Shown piece after piece: positions 28,799-37,698 of a stretch of 64,000 nucleotides of DNA. This stretch comes from an uncultured Acidobacteriota bacterium (GTDB taxonomy: Bacteria; Acidobacteriota; Terriglobia; Acidiferrales; UBA7541). Every line of letters begins with the position of its first letter. The stretch's first letter is position 1. Made by a program: the position numbers and the translations under genes. The stretch spans positions 91,818-155,817 of the forward strand of contig CAWFQV010000004.1 of the NCBI GenBank assembly GCA_963818085.1, in the 5' to 3' direction. The notes under the pieces are model-generated. The model did not search any database and had not been told where the DNA came from. It saw only the letters and a program-made list of their open reading frames with translations.

Positions 28799-29741
28799 AG
28801 GTTTGCGCGTCGAAGGGGACAAGGTCATCAATTTTTTCGCCGGTGCCGACGAAGCGTATGGGGAGATTCAGTTCGCGGGCAATGGCGACGACGATGCCAC
28901 CTTTCGCGGTGCCGTCCAGCTTGGTCAGCACGATTCCGGTGACGCCTGCGCGGCCCCAGAATTCGCGGGCCTGGTTGAGGCCGTTCTGGCCAGTGGTCGC
29001 GTCGAGCACTAAAAGAACATCATGAGGCGCGCCAGGAACAATTTTTGCCGCGGTGCGTTTCATTTTTTCCAACTCGGCCATGAGATTTGATTTGGTGTGC
29101 AGGCGGCCGGCTGTGTCCACGATCACGACATCGGCGTTGCGCGCGCAGGCGGCGGAAAGCGCGTCGAACACGACGGCGGAGGGATCAGCGCCGGGTTTCT
29201 GTTTTACAAGCTCGACGCCGGAGCGGCGCGCCCAGATTTCCAGTTGCTCGATGGCCGCTGCGCGAAACGTGTCGGCGGCGCAGAGCACGATGCTGGCGCC
29301 TTCTTTTTTCAGGCGGTTGGTGAGTTTGCCGATGGTGGTAGTTTTGCCGGTGCCGTTTACGCCGACGACAAAAATTACGCGCGGGGCTACCTTCGCTGAG
29401 TCGGCCGACGGGCCTGCGCCGTTGCCATCAGCATGGGCTGCCGGCGCTTGCAGAATTTTTACGATTTGGCTCTTGAGTTCTGTTTTCAGCGCGGTGGTTT
29501 CCGTGAGCTTGTGTTCGTTTACTTGCTGGCGCAAAGCGGCGAGGACTTCTTTGGTAGTGCGCACGCCGATGTCCGCGCTTAGCAGCGCCGTTTCGAGCTG
29601 CTTCAACAGTTCAGGATCGACGGGGCGGTTTCCGGTGAGAACTTTTTCGACCTGCGCCGCGAGCTCGGTGCGCGTCTTGCTGACGGAGTCTTTCAGGCGC
29701 TCGAGCAGAGTGGGTTCAGGTGGTCCGAAAAGAGAAATCAT
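28776..29741 (-). CDS. ftsY: signal recognition particle receptor FtsY
   Basis: 321-aa ORF. NG domain motifs '[14 protein letters not shown]', 'DTAGRL', '[10 protein letters not shown]'. Confidence 0.96.
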   Translation of the reverse strand: MISLFGPPEPTLLERLKDSVSKTRTELAAQVEKVLTGNRPVDPELLKQLETALLSADIGVRTTKEVLAALRQQVNEHKLTETTALKTELKSQIVKILQAPAAHADGNGAGPSADSAKVAPRVIFVVGVNGTGKTTTIGKLTNRLKKEGASIVLCAADTFRAAAIEQLEIWARRSGVELVKQKPGADPSAVVFDALSAACARNADVVIVDTAGRLHTKSNLMAELEKMKRTAAKIVPGAPHDVLLVLDATTGQNGLNQAREFWGRAGVTGIVLTKLDGTAKGGIVVAIARELNLPIRFVGTGEKIDDLVPFDAQTYVNSLFD

Positions 29742-29803
29742 GCCGGAAACAGGCTAGCACAATGATTGCGATTTGGCGCGTGAGTCAGGGTCAAGCTGAA
29801 AAA

Positions 29804-31576
29804 TTATACTTCGACGACGGCTACATTTAGGCGGAGGCGGCCGGCGGCGACGGCGGCGTCGAGAGCGGCTACGACAGTGGGATCGAATTTTGAGATGGCC
29901 AGAGAGCGGATGCGGCCGAGAGCGAATTCTAGATCCATGGCGGATTGATAGGGACGATTTGTGGTCATGGCGTCGAAGGTGTCGGCGACGGCGATGATCC
30001 GCGCCATCATGGGAATCTGATCGCCGGGGAGACCGTAGGGGTAGCCGGCGCCGTCCATGCGCTCGTGGTGGAGCTCGATACCTGGGAGCATCTCTTTCAG
30101 CTGCGCGACGGGGCGCATGATGTTGGCGCCTTTTACCGGATGTTGCTTCATCAGTGCGAATTCTTCTTCATCGAGCTTGCCGGGCTTTTTGAGGACGCGA
30201 TCGTCCACACCGATTTTGCCGACGTCATGAAGCAGGGCGGAGATGCGCAGACGGTCGAGGTCTTCAGCGTTGAGTCCGAGATATTCGCCGATAATGGTGG
30301 AATATTTTGCGACGCGGCCGGAATGGCCTCGGGTGTAGGGGTCCTTTTCGTCAATGGCCGCTGCCAGCATACGGATGGAACCCAGGAACAGGTCGCGATT
30401 TTCGGCCGCGGCTTGTTTCAGGCGTTCGACGTACTGCTCGATGTCGCCAGCCATATGGTTGAAAGTTTCGGCGAGTTCGCTGATTTCGGCGGCGCCGCGG
30501 ACCTCCACACGCTCGTGAAACTCCGCGCGGCTGATGGCGCGAACTGAAAAAACAAGTCCGCGAATCGGACGCGTGATTCCGACGGCGAAGAGATACCCGA
30601 TGAGCAGGGCGACGATTGTGACGCCTACCACAAAGCGCAAGGCTTGCGCCGTGAGTTCGTGGACGCCGGCGTCGATACGCGCTTCGTCGAGGCTGCGCTG
30701 TGCGATGACGGCCCAGCGCAACTCGGGAATCGTGCTGTAGGTTCCGATCATTTCCACCGGATGCTTGGGATCGCGACCTTGTTCGAAGAAGCGCATGGTT
30801 TCGGTGGTGCGCAATTCCTGAGGCAATTCGTGGAGATGATTTACGACGGGAGAGTTCGCGGAGACGTCGCGGCCGGGAACCATTTCGCGCGTGTCAGGGT
30901 GCGCGACGATATGACCGTGGCCATCAACGATAAAAACTACGCGATCGCGAACGCTGGCATCGCGAATTCTGGCGAGCAGGCCGTCGATCGAAACCACCGA
31001 GGCCAGCATTCCCGTGAACTGGCCGCTGGAAGAAAGCGGCACTGAGACGATCAGCGCGGGACGGCTGCCTTCACCTAACGCGAACGGTTCGCTGACGAAA
31101 TTTAAGCCTTGAATGCTGGCGGTGAAGGCATGCTTGAGCGCGACTTGCACGAACGGGTCGCTATCGGCGCGAAAGCTTCCGGCGGACTGGCCGCGGGCTT
31201 GTTTGTTCACCGCTGTGACATAAAGAATGTTCTGATTATTTTCGACGAAACTCTGTAGCAGGCGCGCGAGCTGGGGAGCGTGGGCGGTGTCGTCAACATC
31301 GGCGATCCATCCGGTCAAAGCGAGGACCTGGCGCTGGCTGAGAAGTTGTTCGCTGAGATTTTGCTCGAACTCGAGCGTTTCACTGGCGAGCGAACGAGTG
31401 ATTTCACTTTGCTGGACACGCTCCGTGTCCTGCAACTTTTGTTCGCTCAGGCCGATAACCTGGCGATGATAGAGCCACAAAGGAGTGACGCTGACGAGCA
31501 AAAGCGCGCCCAGCACAATCCAGAGGATGCGCAGGCGTCTGGTCGTAAGCTGCTTGAGGTTGTCAGCTAAGGGCAC
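29804..31576 (-). CDS. membrane sensor with Cache-like periplasmic domain, HAMP and HD-GYP phosphodiesterase domain
   Basis: 590-aa ORF with an N-terminal TM, a ~270-aa extracytoplasmic region and a second TM. It has a HAMP domain ('TRPIRGLVFSVRAISRAEF...LAETFNHMAGDI') and HD-GYP motifs 'HSGRVA', 'LLHDVGK' and 'HHERMDGAGYPYGL'. Confidence 0.88.
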   Translation of the reverse strand: MPLADNLKQLTTRRLRILWIVLGALLLVSVTPLWLYHRQVIGLSEQKLQDTERVQQSEITRSLASETLEFEQNLSEQLLSQRQVLALTGWIADVDDTAHAPQLARLLQSFVENNQNILYVTAVNKQARGQSAGSFRADSDPFVQVALKHAFTASIQGLNFVSEPFALGEGSRPALIVSVPLSSSGQFTGMLASVVSIDGLLARIRDASVRDRVVFIVDGHGHIVAHPDTREMVPGRDVSANSPVVNHLHELPQELRTTETMRFFEQGRDPKHPVEMIGTYSTIPELRWAVIAQRSLDEARIDAGVHELTAQALRFVVGVTIVALLIGYLFAVGITRPIRGLVFSVRAISRAEFHERVEVRGAAEISELAETFNHMAGDIEQYVERLKQAAAENRDLFLGSIRMLAAAIDEKDPYTRGHSGRVAKYSTIIGEYLGLNAEDLDRLRISALLHDVGKIGVDDRVLKKPGKLDEEEFALMKQHPVKGANIMRPVAQLKEMLPGIELHHERMDGAGYPYGLPGDQIPMMARIIAVADTFDAMTTNRPYQSAMDLEFALGRIRSLAISKFDPTVVAALDAAVAAGRLRLNVAVVEV

Positions 31577-31753
31577 AGGAATTTCCGCATTAAAATGCTA
31601 GCGAAGAGCTACGCTGTTCACAACGGGACCAAAGTACTGGGGTTGGCTGATAAGGTACAGAGATTGTTGGCACTTACGCACACGTGGGGTCCGGAACATC
31701 CGGTCCAAAATGCCGATATAACGGGCTTATTGCGGATGCTTTAAGATGCAGGA

Positions 31754-32371
31754 TCAGCCGGGGAACTTGATCCGGGCCTCGTTGCCGGCTATAAGGCGTT
31801 CGACGTTGGCGCGGTGTTTGAAAAGGATGAGCATCGAGATAAATACGGTGCCGAGCGTGATGAAAAGCGGAGGGGCGTGGCGTGGCGCGTACAATATGTA
31901 AAGGAAAACCGGCAATGCTACGGCGGCCACGATCGAACCCAGCGACGAATAGCGCCAGAAAATTACTACCGCTAGCCAAAGCACGAATGCGGCTGCTACT
32001 GCTTCTGGGCAGATTGGAATAAAGACGCCGAGACCGGTAGCGACTCCCTTGCCTCCACGGAATCCCAGCCAGATGGGAAACATGTGACCGATTACTGCGA
32101 GTACTGCCGCGGCCATCATCCAACGCATGTTGCCGCCAGTCCAACGAGCGGCGAGCCAGACCGCGGCGTAGCCTTTAGCCGCGTCGAATAACAGTGTGAG
32201 GAAGCCCGGGAGGAAGCCGGCGGTGCGCGTGACGTTGGCCGCACCGATATTGCCGCTACCAGTTGTGCGAATATCAGGTCCGCCGACCGCTTTGACAATC
32301 AGAAGGCCAAAGGGTATCGAGCCCAGCAAGTAGGCGGTGACAGGAACGAGCCAGTTTGCGTTATCGATCAC
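31754..32371 (-). CDS. plsY: glycerol-3-phosphate acyltransferase PlsY
   Basis: 205-aa ORF. 'YLLGSIPFGLLIVK...DIRTTGSGNIGAANVTRT', 'KGVATGLGV'. Confidence 0.95.
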   Translation of the reverse strand: MIDNANWLVPVTAYLLGSIPFGLLIVKAVGGPDIRTTGSGNIGAANVTRTAGFLPGFLTLLFDAAKGYAAVWLAARWTGGNMRWMMAAAVLAVIGHMFPIWLGFRGGKGVATGLGVFIPICPEAVAAAFVLWLAVVIFWRYSSLGSIVAAVALPVFLYILYAPRHAPPLFITLGTVFISMLILFKHRANVERLIAGNEARIKFPG

Positions 32372-32933
32372 GCTGTACTTTCTCCGCGAAAGGAAATGTC
32401 GCGAGCCGGGTGTACTCGGCGCCTCCGCGCTTCAGAACGCTTTGGTACAGATAGAATTCGGACTGTCGCGCTGACCCGAGGTCGTAGGACTTGAGATTAT
32501 TAGCTGCGCGAACGAGAGTGTCGAGACCTTTATGCGAATCGAAACGCGCGAGGGTCAGATGCGGGGTGAAAGCGCGCGTCTCCGCGGGGAAGCCTAGTGG
32601 CTGGAGAGCGCGGTCAATGGAAGCGGCCAGCGTTGCAAGATTCGGGGAACCTTCCACGCCGCACCAAATCACCCGCGGATGGAATTCGTTGGGGAAAAAT
32701 CCGATGCCGCGAAAATCCAGTTTGACCAGCTCGGCGGAATGTACGCCAGAAAGCGCGGCCTTGATCGCATCGAGCTTGGCTCCGTCCGTCTCGCCCAGAA
32801 ATTCTAACGTGATATGAATTCCCTCCGGGCGGACCCAGCGAACATCACTGCATTCTGGTTTCAGCCGCGCCATTAATTCGCGAAGCGCGCGGCGAACCAG
32901 GTCTGGAATGTCGAGCGCGACAAAGAGACGCAT
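32361..32933 (-). CDS. thpR: RNA 2',3'-cyclic phosphodiesterase (2H phosphoesterase, LigT/ThpR)
   Basis: 190-aa ORF. 'MRLFVALDIP' and two H-x-T motifs ('HITLEFLG', 'HLTLARF'). Confidence 0.9.
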   Translation of the reverse strand: MRLFVALDIPDLVRRALRELMARLKPECSDVRWVRPEGIHITLEFLGETDGAKLDAIKAALSGVHSAELVKLDFRGIGFFPNEFHPRVIWCGVEGSPNLATLAASIDRALQPLGFPAETRAFTPHLTLARFDSHKGLDTLVRAANNLKSYDLGSARQSEFYLYQSVLKRGGAEYTRLATFPFAEKVQRDR

Positions 32934-32936
32934 GGC

Positions 32937-34190
32937 TTAGGCGCGTCCATGCGCGGGGAAGAAAAAATACCGGCGGATAGTGTCGAGTGCTTGTTGCGTC
33001 GCTTGAAAGCGAATGCGCTCGCGGTCACCGGGGAAGCGAGTGGCGCGCTCGCGAGTAGTGCGCTCGTCGGAGATGCCGATGTGTACCAGGCCGACAGGCT
33101 TTTCCGGCGTCCCACCAGTAGGACCTGCGATACCGGTGATGCCGATACCGATCGTCGCTCCGGTGCGTTTGCGAATCCCCTCGGCGAGAGCCAGAGCCGT
33201 CTCGGAGCTGACCGCGCCTTTGGAATCGATGATGTCCGCGGACACGCCAACGAGCGATGATTTGAGTTCATTGCTATAGCAGACCACGCCTCCCAGAAAG
33301 TACGAGGAGCTGCCGGGAACGTTGGTGAGGCGTTCGGCGAGCATTCCGCCAGTGCAGCTCTCGGCCACGGCGATGGTGGCGCGATTTTCGGTGAGCGCGC
33401 GAGCGACAACATCTTCGAGCGTTTCGCCTTGGGTGGAATATAGATGCTCGCCCAGAGCCAGTTGCATGCGGCTGACGATTTCGTCGAGAATTTTTTCAGC
33501 CTGCGCTGCATTACGAGACCAGATGCGCGGATGGAGTTGCGTTCCTGTGGGCGTGGCTAGGATGGTAGTTTCGGTGTCGGGATATAGCTCGTAGAGCGTG
33601 CGCACACGTTGTTCCACTTCGGATTCAGGCAAGCCGGTTACGCGCAGGTCGCGGGAGAAAAGACGCTCGGTGTCCCCCATCCGCGCTAGGCGCGCACGCA
33701 GGTCGGCTTCGAAGATGGCTTTTAATTCAGCGGGCGGTCCAGGCAGCAAAATTATTACGTGCGCTTCAGCCTCGATCCACAAGCCGGGCGCGGTACCGCG
33801 CGAATTGGGCAGGATTACGGCGCCTTCTGGGACCATGGCTTGGCGCAAGTTAATTTCCGGCATGGTGCGGGCGTACTTGCGAAACCTTTCTTGAATGCCG
33901 CGAAGAACTTCTTCGTTGCGATGTAGTTCGCGGCCCAGCAAATCGGCTACCGTTTCGCGCGTACGGTCATCGTCGGTGGGGCCGAGGCCGCCGCAACTTA
34001 CAATAAGCTCGGAGCGGTTCATGGCGTGGCGAAACGAAGAGCGTATTTCGTCGGGCGAATCCCCGACTACAGATTTGTGAACTAGACGGATGCCGAGCTT
34101 GTTCAACTCGTCGGTCAGATAGAGTGAATTTGTATCGAGGCGATAGGGCGTGAGCAACTCAGAACCGACCGCGATGATTTCGGCCTTCAT
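32937..34190 (-). CDS. cinA: CinA-family competence/damage-inducible protein (MoCF domain + nicotinamide-nucleotide amidase)
   Basis: 417-aa ORF. 'MKAEIIAVGSELLTPYRLDTNSLYLTDEL', 'GGLGPTDDD', C-terminal 'AVAESCTGGMLA'. Confidence 0.93.
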   Translation of the reverse strand: MKAEIIAVGSELLTPYRLDTNSLYLTDELNKLGIRLVHKSVVGDSPDEIRSSFRHAMNRSELIVSCGGLGPTDDDRTRETVADLLGRELHRNEEVLRGIQERFRKYARTMPEINLRQAMVPEGAVILPNSRGTAPGLWIEAEAHVIILLPGPPAELKAIFEADLRARLARMGDTERLFSRDLRVTGLPESEVEQRVRTLYELYPDTETTILATPTGTQLHPRIWSRNAAQAEKILDEIVSRMQLALGEHLYSTQGETLEDVVARALTENRATIAVAESCTGGMLAERLTNVPGSSSYFLGGVVCYSNELKSSLVGVSADIIDSKGAVSSETALALAEGIRKRTGATIGIGITGIAGPTGGTPEKPVGLVHIGISDERTTRERATRFPGDRERIRFQATQQALDTIRRYFFFPAHGRA

Positions 34191-34202
34191 TCTTGGGGGG
34201 CG

Positions 34203-35249
34203 CTAATGGCTGAGAGGCAGACCCTCGACGTCCCAATCGAGGGAATACAGGGCGTTGTTGGTGGTGATCATGGCGCGATGCGACGGCAGCAGTGCGAGTC
34301 CCACAATATTGCTCCCACTGAGAACAATCTCAGCTTCCGCTTGCGGTGTAAGACGAACGATACCGCGTTTGCCCCCAAGCGATGCAGCCACGTAGAGATT
34401 GCCGCGTCGATCGAACGCCAGTCCCTGCGGACGTCCGAGACCCCGAAAAAAGGTGGTGACTTCGCCAGCAGGATTGATGCGATAGACGCGATCGTAGCTG
34501 GAAGTGGTCGGCCCGGTGACGAACAGTTCACCCGCAGGACTGAAGGCAAGGTGATAGGCAGAAAGAGATGGCTCCAGCGTGGCGAAAACAAAAATTTCCC
34601 GGTCGGGAGCGATCTTGAAAATTGTGCCGCTGCGATCGCCGACGTAGAGGCTGCCTGTTTTGTCAAACGCAAGACCGGTGGCGATGCCCATGCCTTCGAT
34701 CCACTGCATCGATCGGCCATCCGGCGAGACGCGATGGACGGTGCCGTCATTGCGGCAGGAAACGAAGAGGTAGCCGTCAGGGTGAACGGCCAAGCCCGTG
34801 GGATTCATCATTTCGGTGATGAAAGGCTTCACCGTGTGGTTCGAGGTGATGCGGTACAGCGAAACGGGAACTTTTTGTCCACGCTGGCCGCTGAAGGTGA
34901 CGTAAATATTTCCGTCTGCGTCCACTGCCGGGCTCGCGACGGGATGCAAATTGTCGGCTACTTGTATGCCTAGCGCCATGGGAAATGGAGCGCTTTCGAT
35001 GCTGCCCATACGCACGCGCACCGCGCCGCCGGCAGCTCCTTCGGGAACGCGCGCGATCAGAAGATTTTCAGCGGCTAATACCAGGCTGCCTTCCGCCAGG
35101 CCGAATTGCACTTGTGGGCGGGTGTGGTTGCGCGTGCCGAACCCGCTTCCTTGGATAGAAACTTCTCCGCCGGGGAGAGCAGCGGGCGGTTTCACGGCTT
35201 CGATTCTTGGTGTGCCGATCGTTTTCAAAGCAATTCTTCCGTGTAACAA
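34203..35249 (-). CDS. IPT/TIG domain + NHL/SMP-30-like beta-propeller protein
   Basis: 348-aa ORF (TTG start, uncertain). The N-terminal ~90 aa are TIG-like ('PGGEVSIQGSGFG...QVQFG'). These are followed by repeated 'P.GLA.D..GNLYV' blades ('DADGNIYVT', 'PDGYLFVS', 'KTGSLYVGD', 'PAGELFVTG', 'RRGNLYVAA'). Confidence 0.7.
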   Translation of the reverse strand: MLHGRIALKTIGTPRIEAVKPPAALPGGEVSIQGSGFGTRNHTRPQVQFGLAEGSLVLAAENLLIARVPEGAAGGAVRVRMGSIESAPFPMALGIQVADNLHPVASPAVDADGNIYVTFSGQRGQKVPVSLYRITSNHTVKPFITEMMNPTGLAVHPDGYLFVSCRNDGTVHRVSPDGRSMQWIEGMGIATGLAFDKTGSLYVGDRSGTIFKIAPDREIFVFATLEPSLSAYHLAFSPAGELFVTGPTTSSYDRVYRINPAGEVTTFFRGLGRPQGLAFDRRGNLYVAASLGGKRGIVRLTPQAEAEIVLSGSNIVGLALLPSHRAMITTNNALYSLDWDVEGLPLSH

Positions 35250-35272
35250 CTCATGCGTGAACTAGCGCGGCT

Positions 35273-35977
35273 TCATAAGCCGTATGCTCTTGCGAGCCAC
35301 AGTCCCAACCCGGCGTAAATCGCCGCAATCCAGTCGTCTGCCATGATACCCCAGCCGCCCGGCAATGATTCAGCTTGCCGCGCTGGAAATGGTTTCCAAA
35401 TATCGAATACCCGAAAAAGTATAAAACCCAGCAGCAAATATTTCCAGTTAAGGACCGAGCGCATGATGATGAAACCTGGGGCCAAGGTCGCGTAGCGGAG
35501 ATTCGGAACTTTCCACCAGAGGGGAATCCCGCAGCCGAGAAGCAAGGTCAAGAGTTGACCCGAGACTTCATCGATAACAACGCGGCAAGGATCTCTTTGC
35601 CGCCAGAATTCGGCGGCACGATCGGCGGCCCAAACCCCAATCACTGATACGAGAACAAACAGGAGGATATATTCCCATACGAATTTGTTGAAATACCCGG
35701 GCGGCACGTGTACAGAGAAATCGCCCACATTGCCCGGCGTTGCCAGGTGCGGAGTGTCCGAGCCGAAATATAGGCAAGACGGTATGATGGCAAACGCCAG
35801 GCCGGCTAACGATCCCCAGGTGCCGGGAGCCTTCGGAAGGTACCCGAGGCCGCCAGCCGTAGCGATGAAGAGCGCCAAGCGCGGCTTACGTTGGATCCTC
35901 GCCGGGGCTGCGGATGTTGGCGCAGACGCTGAAGGCGCTTCTTGGTCAGCTGGTGAGCGATCAGTTTCTTTCGTCAT
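35273..35977 (-). CDS. pgpA: phosphatidylglycerophosphatase A
   Basis: 234-aa ORF. '[17 protein letters not shown]', '[12 protein letters not shown]', '[16 protein letters not shown]', '[16 protein letters not shown]'. It has an unusually long Ala/Pro/Ser-rich N-terminal extension. Confidence 0.9.
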   Translation of the reverse strand: MTKETDRSPADQEAPSASAPTSAAPARIQRKPRLALFIATAGGLGYLPKAPGTWGSLAGLAFAIIPSCLYFGSDTPHLATPGNVGDFSVHVPPGYFNKFVWEYILLFVLVSVIGVWAADRAAEFWRQRDPCRVVIDEVSGQLLTLLLGCGIPLWWKVPNLRYATLAPGFIIMRSVLNWKYLLLGFILFRVFDIWKPFPARQAESLPGGWGIMADDWIAAIYAGLGLWLARAYGL

Positions 35978-36155
35978 CCGCTTCTTGGCTGGAAGTTTCC
36001 GAAGTGGATTCGTCGATTACAGGTTCGCTGATTACATATTTTTCGCTGGCCCAGGCGCCCAGGTCGAGCAGCTTGCAGCGCTCGCTGCAGAATGGAAACT
36101 CGGCATTCCACTCCGAGTCGGTTGGCTTCCGGCAAATTGGGCAGTGAAATTTCAT
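35961..36155 (-). CDS. yacG: DNA gyrase inhibitor YacG (zinc ribbon)
   Basis: 64-aa ORF. 'CPICRKP....[16 protein letters not shown]' followed by an acidic tail. It overlaps the pgpA start by 17 nt. Confidence 0.85.
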   Translation of the reverse strand: MKFHCPICRKPTDSEWNAEFPFCSERCKLLDLGAWASEKYVISEPVIDESTSETSSQEADDERN

Positions 36156-36221
36156 GCACTTCCGAATATTAGACTAACACGGATGATTTAAAGTGGCAGC
36201 CTTCAGAGTAAACCTCCGCCT

Positions 36222-37640
36222 TCAGGCCAGGATGGGAAAGAGGCTGGGCGCTGGCGCAGGAACTTGATGCGGCGTGTGGGGCGAGGCGAAGTCGGTAACT
36301 CGGCCGATCAAGTCGTAATCCTTCGCTTCGGTGATTTCAATAGTGGCCAAGGTGCCGGGAGCCGGGAGCTCGGCGGCGTCATTCACGCCTTCGAATTCGG
36401 TGACGTAAACCTTTCCGTCGATGTCAGGCGCCATCCCTTGCAGGCGCGCTTCCCAGACCAGGTCGGTATCTTTGGACGGGCCTTCGAGCATGACTTGCGT
36501 TTGCTGGCCGACCTGCCTTTTCAATTTGCGTGCGGAGATTTTTTTCTGTATGGACATCAGCGTGTCACGACGCCGCGCAATGGTTTTTTCATCGACCTTG
36601 CGATCGAGCGCGAAGCTTTGCGATATGTCTTCATCGGAGTAGCCGAAAACCCCCATCCAATCAAATTCGGCAGCGCGGACGAAATCGCACAACTCACGGA
36701 AGTCCTTTTCAGTTTCACCGGGAAAGCCAACGATGAAGGACGTGCGAATTGAAACGCCGGGGATGGCTTTGCGCGCTTTTTCGAGCATTTTCAGAAAAGC
36801 ATCGCCATGCGAACCGCGCTTCATACGCGCCAGAACATTGCGGCTGGCGTGCTGCAGCGGCACGTCGAGATATTTTGCCAGGCGCGGATGCCCGGCGATG
36901 GTGTCGAGCAATCGCGGCGTGACGCGATTCGGATAGCAATAGAGGAAGCGGATCCAGTGCAAATCTTCCACTTGGGAGAGCCGTTCGAGAAGCACGGCAA
37001 GGCCGTCGGGCAGTCCTAAATCTTCACCGTAGAAAGTGGTGTCCTGGCCAATCAGAGAAATTTCGCGCACGCCTGCGGCGGCAAGATTTTCTGCTTCGCG
37101 CACGACCGACTCGAAGCGGCGGCTGCGGAATTTTCCGCGAAGCTGCGGGATCACACAGAATGTGCAAGGATGGTCGCAACCTTCGTTGATTTTTATGTAC
37201 GCGGTGTGGCGTGGCGTGGCGAGAATCCGCGGAGTAAGGTCGTGGTAAAGATAGGTGGGCGACCGCCCTGATGCGGCCTCGTCGTTGCGCAAGCCACCTT
37301 CGCAGGCATCCAAAATTTTTTCAATTTCGCCGGTGCCGATCACGGCGTCCACTTCCGGAATTTGCTCGCGGATTTCGTTGCGATAACGTTCCACCATGCA
37401 GCCGGCGACAATCAGTTTTTGCGCGCGGCCAAATTTTTTGTACTCAGCCATTTCGAGAATGGATTGCACGGATTCCTGCTGCGCCGGAGCGATGAAGCTG
37501 CACGTGTTTACTACCAGGACGTCAGCATCACTGGCACGCGGGGTGATTTCGTAACCCGAGCGCGTGAGAATCCCCATCATCACCTCGCTGTCCACGAGGT
37601 TCTTGGGGCATCCCAGGCTTACGAATCCAACCTTCGGCAT
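36222..37640 (-). CDS. rimO: ribosomal protein S12 methylthiotransferase RimO
   Basis: 472-aa ORF. 'KVGFVSLGCPKNLVDSE', radical-SAM 'CDHPCTFC', and a C-terminal TRAM-like region. Confidence 0.94.
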   Translation of the reverse strand: MPKVGFVSLGCPKNLVDSEVMMGILTRSGYEITPRASDADVLVVNTCSFIAPAQQESVQSILEMAEYKKFGRAQKLIVAGCMVERYRNEIREQIPEVDAVIGTGEIEKILDACEGGLRNDEAASGRSPTYLYHDLTPRILATPRHTAYIKINEGCDHPCTFCVIPQLRGKFRSRRFESVVREAENLAAAGVREISLIGQDTTFYGEDLGLPDGLAVLLERLSQVEDLHWIRFLYCYPNRVTPRLLDTIAGHPRLAKYLDVPLQHASRNVLARMKRGSHGDAFLKMLEKARKAIPGVSIRTSFIVGFPGETEKDFRELCDFVRAAEFDWMGVFGYSDEDISQSFALDRKVDEKTIARRRDTLMSIQKKISARKLKRQVGQQTQVMLEGPSKDTDLVWEARLQGMAPDIDGKVYVTEFEGVNDAAELPAPGTLATIEITEAKDYDLIGRVTDFASPHTPHQVPAPAPSLFPILA

Positions 37641-37698
37641 TCAGTGCGGTCCTTCAGGTGGTATGCAAACACACAATTCTAGCATGGAGCGGCGCGAC

